Source: a virus
Lineage: Duplodnaviria; Caudoviricetes
Virus record (IMG/VR): IMGVR_UViG_3300037465_000112
Span: 1 to 31,012 of that record
Reading direction: 5' to 3' (one strand)
Length of the DNA stretch: 31,012 bases
Part shown: positions 20,401 through 25,066 of the stretch, in pieces
Layout of the letters: the number at the start of each line of letters is the position of its first letter
Position numbering within the stretch: the stretch's first letter is position 1
The notes under the pieces: model-generated
The model's database searches: none
Told to the model about the DNA's origin: nothing
Seen by the model: the letters and a program-made list of their open reading frames with translations, nothing else
Program-made: the position numbers and the translations under genes

Positions 20401-20630
20401 GTAAAGTCCGCGGAGGTTACCCTGGTTGCCTCCCGGACACTTCTAGCTGTAGCAGCACCTCCTGCAACTGCAGGAGGAGCAGCGCCGCCGGGCCCACCGC
20501 CTAAAGTGAACCCGGCCGTTGCTCTTTCAAAAGCAAGCTTTACAGCCTGCTCTACTTGTTTGGTAATGCTAGATAGACTCCCAGAGTCAACCTCTAGCTC
20601 TATACCAATTTTGAAGCTCTCTTCTACCAC
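5442..20630 (-). CDS. Giant tape measure polyprotein with embedded two-barrel RNA polymerase, zincin-like and GNAT-like domains
   Basis: 5062 aa, GTG start with a GGAGG SD, at the canonical position after the tail tube and chaperone genes. TP901-type tape measure core at about aa 2390-2700. RNAP motifs ED507-508, K599/K607, R1180, D1278-F-D-G-D1282. HEAIH at aa 1747-1751; QGKGIG at aa 4235-4240. Confidence 0.9.
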   Translation of the reverse strand: MVEESFKIGIELEVDSGSLSSITKQVEQAVKLAFERATAGFTLGGGPGGAAPPAVAGGAATARSVREATRVTSADFTEAVEALARENRQLVSRFDDAASSVVSAMERLTKSMEKKVAAGPPPPGQVEPQVGPSNKNRARDIQISRQEAGRRDSGTTERRVDRRTGTDRDRPAAQVVDERRAASRTPPAPPPKPEKPVAEHPLVKHAAAQAKSASESLGKFNKMLLGLGALGKIPDLLKRLGLPEASAVGVGPGASVEIKGLSGQAKVVTTALTIVGGKVTEFGDVLTQRLKALSGSPDFREVLVKAERAARAGTGGQERALAMLRREMKGVLDLPVAKLGGAQAFEKGGEAVLSIDFSDNKALQDRLAALKDESSQIALLNAELWDMSDALKELRKMGAEVVGSVGLGEAGAAEARIIKGEGGRPIGAELPVQLRDLAGMILGGRGAMRPMRSFQPQQAREMVYGHRPEIMGKGEALAYETGMFKEKMTRTLKTAYLDPRKTPEVHEDMILIDKKAAEKMSMWEPKITDPMKALAEDFKVGQKLIHGQLMGYDVEGKEIKFDMKGVEAEVEGIEEVVENGLKGFRVRLKELYPLLTGSKIGTIAGFKGVVKVVEDLAGTFKLPAGTEAALSGYGAAKRGILSDPMKMIASSIAESAASPTDVAPTAQEVANIIEDAMVNGGKTLVEAAKQAAEYFSVSPAMLEDMPVVGNLSFLRHKEPREPGPSEIGDRYFDLPAMRALGMRADTAKMAQDMMARMSQVTEREKEFVNTLLSLAGATDVVSEKLREMLPEEFKKLPPGVGAIEDFADTILDPRFKEALAIRLPARGGGESLLRLPAIGKGLGERGAFETPLGAKGSDPITRQLDQIMQVGRQIRAAEGKIAPDVSSLDTESETFKDAANKAREAIRLQVNAAYNSAEAADAFVASFLPLIKGLRLAEDISFYRLSKAGGRGRLETTAAAGTSAEEFVMSQPTAQRRMLSLQDVLRGRAATKSIEKGYENVPTAGALRQSPEVLQKVMEQLGITMEEDAAAVDRLHDRLEKLKGELLGMYSTLAFATESGGKPSSIMKIPYASQMGAGIALSHKELTAVQFRTDIDEELRQVGDVLQRLGTSVPGATEALSAWNRMLEAQGGGEIQKIPRDAILLNKRDWDNLVEATMRERRIGREEAEERVARTGLLHRYPTTGAASFLATRPMVDPTGQLPEGRIGVAGPMAISSKEDLAKMKAPLEARASELRKIIDAARGLGPAAEAAKMELANLVPLLQKLNQLYLAHGLNLDFDGDKISWLSDTATKAGSGLETFTQKVERGAVSYQQMMAEILGEVSGGQTATLQQFSDMFGGVAKGRSGELQRAVLMPQTAETARFEAQSLIGPKKSVGLLTDAFNKIMVSVTHGTGQVGDAFATGMDWIMLNINKSLAQKGGGGGVAGPLDLIENLKTGRLGEIFKGMDVGGADIYGEMGRYNQKMRDKMTQQFSDVFRMKGAEGLREEARLGGIEDLLPKDITYENFQSAIKTMVDNLDLKAIITRMFENMKKNMITALQAQGLNMAEVEEEMQKMLTPGKTGRIKGLDLDRLLGQLAPEYIGTREKQIKAFREQSPMEQAQEAVRLLSRDIATEAEDAANEFELEGTLNPVRNRLRELADRMGVMYEKASSRMTVVPTQQAWKGVLPREVAKRMTQEELQSISGHVKYGGGRGQSGEMFISKQLRIKPFLDAMELLRKIAEGAPATAADLETIARGLEGFGVTVSHEAIHQANKLFKEAKSGLMRSLSTGEAGKPEEQRTAVGRNLEKIKAAMSERAFNVKSAFAEYDKLKATSPGDEGALRAAYKKAMSTLSEELLAYQADPAAFKKLMQAAGVADDAIEELSEHLHTLLRAAHEAGGVDIEQDVLQFARTSLEAASEVRNFTSVIDQLAASAEGAVKPLTAANDILTHLGRGGDVTSFLQGISQKLGMQEAAVFQGTEMLGLPTISRNAAGMLEIPGAPENAPIGAFKTGPIAGRAEQAMSLITAARAGEIQGPEARVKSTREMYQVASDIRAAVNEMEGQADATGKVIGKGEGQRVYMRLLQDFFQAISVNFLNRSRELQKAIGQMKASGEDIKDPTKYTDLINQLGQESEQFQEFLMSTLVPRGKAYTIASPIATPGGELAPAAVDAGIRPSKEMLKAQFAYIMGQGDEGKEFKAQMGGALDEVIAKAAEGGDVTKAWSLLWDALVQKPEAMYANLVKVAEIIARTAKHVGMENGKFSETVAWLTQIVKLSRDAAKAVQGKDLTDEGTRAMAFAAASKQARLSGIAGTGGGTLAESVTAQYEEMQAAAKAYQERLQSLVNDQEAFAKIGRPKHFAPITKDIVDPQTGQVLQRVRIEAERVGKTVTISMKNATNATSLWVNQMKNALRRVVQWGFASGVIYGLVRAFHNLVSVVVTVQTKVVELQKVMDTSITDFEKMQDTAVSMAKNFGVAIEDVLDGMVVYGQQGLKMSEITERTKATMMAMNTTTLDATEATEALTAAHKVFSDEVGTSIEFVDAWAAVAAKHAISAEDLADAVKRSGAAAGVAGVSFQDFLGIVTAIGSVTRQSGKEVATATKFMFRTMRSGAAQKQLGRLGIQSLEATGDYRPAMDVLKQLAGVWGDLTRAQQINVAQSISGIRHYNQFIVLMENFDEALMASSNAHNAQGFAAKKNALVMESVAKQTAVFKETLKGLGLALGKSVLGPATTLVKVATSMLDVFSKLPDGVLATVTALGALGMVGGRAAAALDDLMILFAGTEMADRMKSAGLLGMGKAAVKGVGQFGKGIAQGGALGAKGVTAPTKMMAAGGAVGRGIATVGAGALKGITALTGPLGRVIPMFGSLTTAIREASYAMTVFAGGTVIGLVLAGLAAVIYMWKKANKTGADMAAEYEDLIGRSQDYAMHLRDQYTGIDRVSLAFKKMSQAAAKLEDLEGMKTAVDQGTYKSAAVAAQNYGDAVASVSEALGQVDPTKIRGISETGQLMIGLDENLKKVTASALDAQNALTAMFQAKTISAYVDDLKKASGAWNKLRQFLVGGMTAGGEEEYSVLGKLEEVQDKMMEIVSAREQMASQGDIMVSGEAELVALTAQRAELLSQVLEITTKVKSVMEGLPRFEDLGMAAEALNNPAFAKAAEMAEKVGGGAFGRGATEKSIMFGAMARQAGAGGLVDYRTGGSAALLAGSLTERGIKPTTGLAKEAVGAIQTGEVAIVGTEVAKSLAEAFGGGLEDARTLIAGVGVGEAIYRWWDTANNTWREVSASSLSEMVTNTTAQAGEAFTILEHGIIRWQRKAMEDAAEETKRLMNMTFVGAMAGVRVPTGGMPDIGLGRRAEMTAEQRVMATESLEIPLQRLADIQAEYNILAKEYSETVLDDVEGSYARQAQNASALKVLTEDMSALVMQLQAEGFKISQLTHYQKAIEELNVAMENAAQATRDARIEEEIRSKFLIQTAGAMAGMAELPSLDFGKSMRELTGMERLSLEVPEFGGGMRAIAQQEREREAQAQLLADIMKQRANFEDTIKSLEGAWSKLSAEQRMKAEERAGAGLSKDTIEAIAAQEKGNAELAKRMDAQLDVEQQQASLLEQILKVLALGDKEGARAFLEGRQARETAKSALGAVGQLGGQGALQQTLFKSLGMREVMREDELGKARRVVELAPLPPELMQLPEEQRKAIEEQRAAFADAINRIREVEAPQTITMAERAKRLGTATTVGAGAGAAVGAPLAGIGALPAAAGGAAIGATVDIAAQTVEALSASTTAAEEMERTADLYNAMLSKPEVAKLVTRTAAETMARGPEELAKLREQDHLKVIGDLDKAIAAKREEAYFNFHKAELEAIANLERTNKDLMAKKGPARLAIAATDFANSLENMIADFKKAEALQYDKIGSDLEGAFARVGQPGFKTTFEQRREAVEARRTGGPRSMAEIRAEAEEMAAIEFDEKEARIKEQQDIEINALRAQQSQAEQFRQVMADALFSGQLDNTGLESGVRNMIDTLTQELATSEQAEMGPGGELTFRGIPALEEATRVMQQAREVAKQKAREALGKDYQQYITNPITSRQDTQTALMSQMVAGTAGIIDAIKCIEQVQNQQVSAMQQASAAVMSTGGTPAAGTAVAPITTPTGVAPAALRTAVGSPLEAQQAGISGPVALGALTAAGSRIRGSAAGVVTGSIMSDEIETALGTVTNVIEKEADHIVRVASYLNDKVVGFQQFEIENEGGRKLLKAQHITEGPLPAELQGKGIGSSRMRKMVEWAREQGMDAIESTFTTSASQLKTYQKAARATGTNFELVPGAKPVYEGSDTLVNEISRPSGIGYEPVARINISKAGAQELMAEDAQKAAAAARRARLGRVLGTGARGLAMAGSAVGGAQMGGVLHRAGLAQTPEQRAAVAGDLGEQAGFWGLTTGGAMAGAGLGGMLGGPIGAAAGGVLGGLAGAGVGLLTSEPMRVAGQYYDEKTGGALSGAAGWLGNQISRPGAWAGEKYGQTGIGKWLSELNVPTWLGGPGAPQVTAAGQPAGMIAGARPPVAPVPGAAPVMGAVPAAAGVAPVPSQARPEPWAWLGALQQEGISFLPKGGLQEAPRPAYDLGQRVPGAVNVYKGEARTYTGGMEDMFTQAQTIKARSTGGPLTEAENLRTLAALEQRSPATRVFTPGAFEDIHPKAQGMTPQQMLERIQNSSALFQALESKMLPPAQGLTNRNLQAESQARAITGNATATPGLTSTDRGTGAGTRDDIEQRSDRGETAADRVGTGGADTEALAAAIASLNEQFSSLVSALEGITGLGEKIDGTTAAVEALGEGLDVNVTGGTIEVSNLGEVSEGINTGISAIGADVTDARTRLALLETVVDPNGTPIDERLTEFQTTLDTAVQQVATDLETAKEELRTEVTDLATTTATESTRELETKLTELEGLQADLQAAKEEQDRLLAEINAAIEKAQAELAAAAEAAASATEAAAGAQDQIAGLDDRVAAAEEQAASAESRVDALETTAQLATEAAAEATNTANAAKTAVEQEKTLRENADRDLSARADRIEETNKQQDDAIKKINKDLGPAISNARLALNKSQGR
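7790..8070 (-). other. GNAT-like acetyltransferase domain (boundaries approximate)
   Basis: VASYLNDKVVGF...LPAELQGKGIGSSRMRKMVEWAREQGMDAI matches GNAT motif A (Q/RxxGxG) with the following helix and strand. Confidence 0.72.
12500..13470 (-). other. Phage tail tape measure core (TP901/PhageMin_Tail-like)
   Basis: ELQKVMD...MAKNFG...VVYGQQG...TLDATEATEALTA...VDAWAAVAAKHAISAEDLADAVKRSGAAAGVAGVSFQDFLGIVTAIGSVTRQSGKEVATATKFMF is the classic repeat pattern of this family. Confidence 0.9.
15050..15710 (-). other. Zincin-like metallopeptidase domain (boundaries approximate)
   Basis: TVSHEAIHQ (HExxH at 15378-15392) with a downstream LSEELLAY (EE at 15123-15128) as the candidate third ligand helix. 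Confidence 0.6.
16000..19350 (-). other. Two-barrel (DPBB) RNA polymerase domain inside the tape measure protein (boundaries approximate)
   Basis: Beta-like motifs: LKTAYLD..PEVHEDMILID and LLTGSKIGTIAGFKGVV. Beta-prime-like motifs: GLLHRYPTT and GLNLDFDGDKI (DFDGD at 16785-16799). Confidence 0.88.
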
Positions 20631-20649
20631 CTAGCCTTTTCCTCCACCG

Positions 20650-21714
20650 TTATCGTCCTCTCCTAGCGGCCCTCATGTTGCGTGCCCTTCTGCTGTTGGG
20701 AGCGACGACTTGAACGTCTGAAGCTGTACCAGCCTTCACACGTTCTTCGCTGTAAGACATCTTTAGGTAATCCGGATGGTTGGGTGTAATGATCACTTCA
20801 TCGGCTTCAGAAGCCCCTAACTTACCTTTGGCACCCGAACCTCGCTTTAGCCTTCCCTGGTTCCTATCCTTTTCCCTTTGCTTGAAGTAGGACTCCATGT
20901 AGGCGTCCAGTGCGTCATCGTCCTTAATGATGTCATCATCCGGTTGGTCATCCGGAAGCATTTCGTAAATCGACTGATAGTAGTTGCTCCAGTACAAAAG
21001 GGACTGCTGATCTGGAGTAAGATCATGGAGCCCTTGAGGAAACACAGGGCCTCCCAATTTCAACCCGGCGGTATAGCGAATTCTCCACAACACATGCCGA
21101 GCCAAATAGCGAATCTTGCTTACCGGAAACCCTCGGTTGAAGTAGGCAAATTTCTCCACCAACCCGTGTCGTAAAACCAAGTCAGTTTCGTTCTCGAAAT
21201 CCTGAAACGTAGGCCAGTACCTATCGCCATCTATCTTGTAAGAAGCCGCCCAAGATAAGAACAACAGGGACTCTTCATCTGCCTTGAACTCCCGGGTCAT
21301 GGCGTACAAATGTTCATTTTTAGCCTTCAACTTGGCTACTTCCAAAGACAAGCCGGCGATCGTCTCTTCTATGGGTTTTCGACGGCCTTCTATCTTAGTA
21401 AGACTGAGGAGACGCCGCTGGGCGTTAATCTTACCTTCTAGATCGGCAATTCGCTGTGTGTCCTCTTGTCCAAAGCCACGGGCCTTAATGATAGCATCGA
21501 TATCTTCGCGAGAAGGAAGTTCCTCTTTGGCCGCTTCTATCAATGCTTTTTCCCGAAAATACCTGCTGGCCAGAATATCGTTGGAGGAAGGATGAGAAAA
21601 TACCAAGAACGTAACTTCGCCGTGTCTATTTGGAATTTTAACCAGTTGCTTGTTGTTGATGACGCTTTCTAGAAGTTCTTCAACTTCCTGAAAAGAAAGC
21701 TCTTCAACTGGCAT
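20650..21714 (-). CDS. Tail assembly chaperone, long form (GT-like)
   Basis: 354 aa immediately upstream of the tape measure gene. The N-terminal half is paralogous to 21714-22523. The extra C-terminal region contains LHDLTPDQQSLLYW and ends in a basic tail. Confidence 0.6.
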   Translation of the reverse strand: MPVEELSFQEVEELLESVINNKQLVKIPNRHGEVTFLVFSHPSSNDILASRYFREKALIEAAKEELPSREDIDAIIKARGFGQEDTQRIADLEGKINAQRRLLSLTKIEGRRKPIEETIAGLSLEVAKLKAKNEHLYAMTREFKADEESLLFLSWAASYKIDGDRYWPTFQDFENETDLVLRHGLVEKFAYFNRGFPVSKIRYLARHVLWRIRYTAGLKLGGPVFPQGLHDLTPDQQSLLYWSNYYQSIYEMLPDDQPDDDIIKDDDALDAYMESYFKQREKDRNQGRLKRGSGAKGKLGASEADEVIITPNHPDYLKMSYSEERVKAGTASDVQVVAPNSRRARNMRAARRGR

Positions 21715-22523
21715 TACTTATCCTTTCGAGGTCGTCCTCGCTTCTTCGGGGGCGCGGGCGGAGGCGTAAGCTCGTCGGGCAATACCACATTCTCCACCAC
21801 CGGAGCTTCTTCTGCTGCGGGCGGGGTCGCGTCGGCAATAACCTCTCGGGCCGCTGCGGTCGCCTTCTCAATACGCGACTGCTGAATCTGGCGAAGCACG
21901 GCCTGTTCCGGGGTATTCTCCAGGAAATTGCTTTCCAACCCTTGCATCCATAGCATGACCTCAAACCGAGCCTTGATAGCTAGCGCAGTATTCTCCTCAT
22001 TACGATAGGCATCGTAATCCTTCCAAAACTTGGTACGATCCTTCTTTTCCACAAGCCGGCTGGTCAGAAAATCAGTCCTAGCATCTTCCGCCAAATTCTC
22101 ACAGGTGTTGGCCATGGGGCCATTGATGCGCTGATTGAGCTGAAAAAGCTCGTCTCGTAGACGCGCTACTTCCAAAGCACAAACTTCCTTCTCTTCCTCG
22201 GTAGCTTTTTCCAGAAGGTTTTCCAGTCTGAAAAGTTCGGCCCCCAGGGTAATGCGTACGCCTTCTAGCTTCTGGCTATACTCTGTAGACAAAATACCTT
22301 TGGTCCGAAGCAGCTCTAGCATTTGCGATTGAGTAAGCAATCCATCCACAATAGCTTGATTGTAGACCTTGGAATACTGCCAGTCTGCCTTACGAATATC
22401 CTCTCCGGTGGGGTTGGCAATAAAGAAGTGTAGAATTTCGTGATCGGGGGTTTCGATAGTGAATTCTCGTCGACTATCCAAAATGTCCTTAACAGCGCCC
22501 TTTGCGCTTTCGGCGTCAGCCAT
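21714..22523 (-). CDS. Tail assembly chaperone, short form (G-like)
   Basis: 269 aa, helical, between the tail tube and tape measure genes. AGGAG SD; C-terminal KKRGRPRK. Confidence 0.6.
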   Translation of the reverse strand: MADAESAKGAVKDILDSRREFTIETPDHEILHFFIANPTGEDIRKADWQYSKVYNQAIVDGLLTQSQMLELLRTKGILSTEYSQKLEGVRITLGAELFRLENLLEKATEEEKEVCALEVARLRDELFQLNQRINGPMANTCENLAEDARTDFLTSRLVEKKDRTKFWKDYDAYRNEENTALAIKARFEVMLWMQGLESNFLENTPEQAVLRQIQQSRIEKATAAAREVIADATPPAAEEAPVVENVVLPDELTPPPAPPKKRGRPRKDK

Positions 22524-22546
22524 GTTTGTTCTCCTTTTCCTATTCC

Positions 22547-22834
22547 CTAATTCGCTTTCCGAACGGAAGCGGTCTGAACTTCGATAACGTCCTCAGAGGT
22601 CGGTACAAAGAGTACTTTGTAGTGCCGATCCATCTCCAATTTCAGATCTCTGATAGCGTTGTTACCTGCGCGCAGAACCTTGGATCGGAACGGCTTGTAC
22701 CGCTGAGAATCTCCAATAGCAACTTCCGCCATGTCCAGGATCTCATCGATCCCCTTCATAACTCTCTTCTCAAGATCACGCTTGAGTTTTTCCTTGGAAC
22801 GTTCCAAGGCCTTATCTTCCCTTGAATCATTCAT
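22547..22834 (-). CDS. Hypothetical helical protein
   Basis: 95 aa with a purine-rich SD (AGGAAAGGG) upstream; same strand as the operon. Confidence 0.7.
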   Translation of the reverse strand: MNDSREDKALERSKEKLKRDLEKRVMKGIDEILDMAEVAIGDSQRYKPFRSKVLRAGNNAIRDLKLEMDRHYKVLFVPTSEDVIEVQTASVRKAN

Positions 22835-22849
22835 ATTGTACCCTTTCCT

Positions 22850-22987
22850 TTAACTCTTTACTAGGTATCTACAGGCGGCCTTCAAATTTGGGAGATTATC
22901 TCCCAAAAGGCCAAGGCCTGTATTACAAAGAGAGCACAGAAGACCACGCACTTTACCGGAGCTATGACTATGGTCTATTACAAGTCG
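22850..22987 (-). pseudogene. Endonuclease VII-type (HNH) fragment, N-terminally truncated
   Basis: Not in the ORF track. Translates as RLVIDHSHSSGKVRGLLCSLCNTGLGLLGDNLPNLKAACRYLVKS-stop, the DHxH..G.VRGLLCxxCN.GLG signature. The first CxxC and a convincing start are missing. Confidence 0.85.
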
Positions 22988-22992
22988 CTGGT

Positions 22993-23026
22993 GGTGGAAG
23001 CCACCGGTTTCCCGATGGCTGCCACC
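22993..23026 (-). terminator. Stable GAAA-tetraloop hairpin after the tail tube gene (terminator or mRNA stabiliser)
   Basis: GGTGG-C-AGCCATCGG-GAAA-CCGGTGGCT-T-CCACC. There is no U-tract, so termination is uncertain. Confidence 0.45.
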
Positions 23027-23049
23027 CAAACAAGTAAAACGGGATGGTC

Positions 23050-24939
23050 TTAGAACAATCGGCGTGCGTCAGGATTGACCTGGAGACCAGGGCTTGCCAC
23101 CATGTCGGCGACATCCACTTCACCGAGTACGGCAAAGAGGTTGTTAGAGCCTCGGAATCCGAAGGTCTGGGTTGCGTTCTCACCCATAGCGAGGTTGTAC
23201 GCCTCGTCGGTGATTCGCAGATCCTTAGCAATGATCGTCTTCAACGGTCGCTCTCGATGCGTGTTAGACTTCGTTGGAACAGCCGGAATGGTAGAACCAA
23301 AGTTGGTTGCCGGGAAGTCCGGATCCGAGCCAAGAACGCCATCGTAGTAGATGGAGCGCTGGCCTCTCTGGTAGTACTCATCACCAACCATTTCGCGAGT
23401 AACAACGCGTCGGTTAGAACCGGTTCCACCTGCTTCCTCATCGGTCTGCTGATAAATCTGAACAACGAGGTCGAGGCGCGTATTGGCAGTCATGAAATCG
23501 TAAATCGAGATTTCATCAGTGGTGCCGTCAATGACAACACCCTGCTTCTTGGACGCCAAGGTAGCGTACTCAACAAGGTCGTTCGCTGTAGACTCGACGG
23601 TAACAGTGAACGGAATCGGGAAGGTAAGCGATCGGTCGTACGGTCGTAGATGCGATAGTTCGAACAGCGGCTCGCGGGTGAGGTCTGCGGCAATTGTCAC
23701 AGAAGTCAAGCGTAGAGCTAGCTGATCATCCAAATCGAAGGTTGGGTCAAGAACATCCTTGTCAATAAGGTAGATCTCAATCTGACCCTGTCGGACAGCA
23801 CCAAGATCCTCTGGCTTATGGACAGTATCGACCTCAATCGGGGCAAAGTACTCTGCGTCTCGGCGGGTTGCCATACGAGAAGTATTGGCAGCACCAGATC
23901 GAGCGGCCTGAGTTGCACCGGCAAGGCCTGCGAAGGAGTTGGCGAATGCGTTGGCGGCGTAAACCACCATCAGAATATCACCAGCAGCCTTTGCCTCACC
24001 TAGAAGATCGGCATTGGTGGTCAAATCGGTAGGATCGAAGAGTTCGTTGGTAGCGCTGTTGTAAACATACGCACCCGCGGTGGCTGCGGAACCGGCCTGA
24101 ACCGGAATTTCCGTAGTTGCACCTGCAGACGCATTGTAGTAACGTACAGCGGGGTTACCGAAGTTGTCGAAGCGTAGGAAGGCAAGCTGTCCCGTAGAGC
24201 GGGTAGAAACCAACTCAGGGGTTGCAGCGTTTTGATCGAGACCAAGGAATACCGAGGTCGCGGACGTATTGATCTTCCAACCCGTTCCGCCGGTGGTACC
24301 GTCGTTAGGATCAGGATCAACGCCTGTTGCTGCGGCAGTGTAAACAAACTCCTCACTTGATACAAACCTACCGTCGTTTACGAACCAGAACTTAGCATCC
24401 GTTTCACCACCGTAATTCTCGGTAGCGTTCGCACCTGCGGAATAGGTCCACTCAATAGAGTTGACGAATACGCGAGGCAGGAACATGGTCTGTTCAATGA
24501 GATCATTGTCAGTACCAATGGAGCATTCATCCTGGATGGGGGCCCAGATCTCGACCGAAGAGTTACCGCATACTGCGGATAGACCAAAGTCAGTAAGGGC
24601 GACACCGTGATAGTACGCAATGTTGACTGCATCGTCTCCCAGACCACTTACTACAGTAAGGTGTCCGCTTACGCTGGTTGCGTCATGAACAAGAACGTTG
24701 TCCTGCTCAAGGTTAGCAAGTGCGTAGAGGTTGGAGAGAGAGCCAAATTCATTGGTCTCAATGGTCACGGCTACGGTCGGGGAGTCATCGACTACGTCGA
24801 TAATGTTGAGCTGACCAAGCTCGAACACGTCCTCAGTGTTGAACGTTGTGGTAGAACCAAACGTCTGCACACGATAGAGAACGTTACCATTAGCCCAAAC
24901 CGCATTGCTTGGGTAAATGATTCGGTTACGTCGTGCCAT
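23050..24939 (-). CDS. Major tail tube protein with tandem tube domains
   Basis: 629 aa with a strong AAGGAGG SD, located after the tail terminator. It has an internal repeat (FELGQL / FELSHL; NATENYG / NATQTFG). Confidence 0.8.
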   Translation of the reverse strand: MARRNRIIYPSNAVWANGNVLYRVQTFGSTTTFNTEDVFELGQLNIIDVVDDSPTVAVTIETNEFGSLSNLYALANLEQDNVLVHDATSVSGHLTVVSGLGDDAVNIAYYHGVALTDFGLSAVCGNSSVEIWAPIQDECSIGTDNDLIEQTMFLPRVFVNSIEWTYSAGANATENYGGETDAKFWFVNDGRFVSSEEFVYTAAATGVDPDPNDGTTGGTGWKINTSATSVFLGLDQNAATPELVSTRSTGQLAFLRFDNFGNPAVRYYNASAGATTEIPVQAGSAATAGAYVYNSATNELFDPTDLTTNADLLGEAKAAGDILMVVYAANAFANSFAGLAGATQAARSGAANTSRMATRRDAEYFAPIEVDTVHKPEDLGAVRQGQIEIYLIDKDVLDPTFDLDDQLALRLTSVTIAADLTREPLFELSHLRPYDRSLTFPIPFTVTVESTANDLVEYATLASKKQGVVIDGTTDEISIYDFMTANTRLDLVVQIYQQTDEEAGGTGSNRRVVTREMVGDEYYQRGQRSIYYDGVLGSDPDFPATNFGSTIPAVPTKSNTHRERPLKTIIAKDLRITDEAYNLAMGENATQTFGFRGSNNLFAVLGEVDVADMVASPGLQVNPDARRLF

Positions 24940-24946
24940 TAGGTCT

Positions 24947-25063
24947 TTCCTCCTTTACGAGATTTGTTTTGCTACATTAGACGGGGGATTCTATGTAACA
25001 CCCCAAAGTTGAGGCGACTTTGGAGGAATGGCCTGTACCATGCCTGGAGCGCGTCAGCGCTCC
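24947..25063 (-). promoter_or_regulatory. Structured 5' leader of the tail tube gene
   Basis: Back-to-back inverted repeats at 25046-25063, 25028-25041, 25001-25025 and 24970-25000, followed by the SD. Confidence 0.45.
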
Positions 25064-25066
25064 GCC

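Noticed and set aside
22850-23049. Group I intron carrying the endonuclease
   Set aside because: The region is intergenic and too short, the flanking genes look complete, and only one hairpin is evident.
23050-24939. Tail sheath protein (suggested by the 629-aa size)
   Set aside because: The internal duplication of tube-type beta motifs and the absence of a separate tube gene favour a two-domain tube protein.
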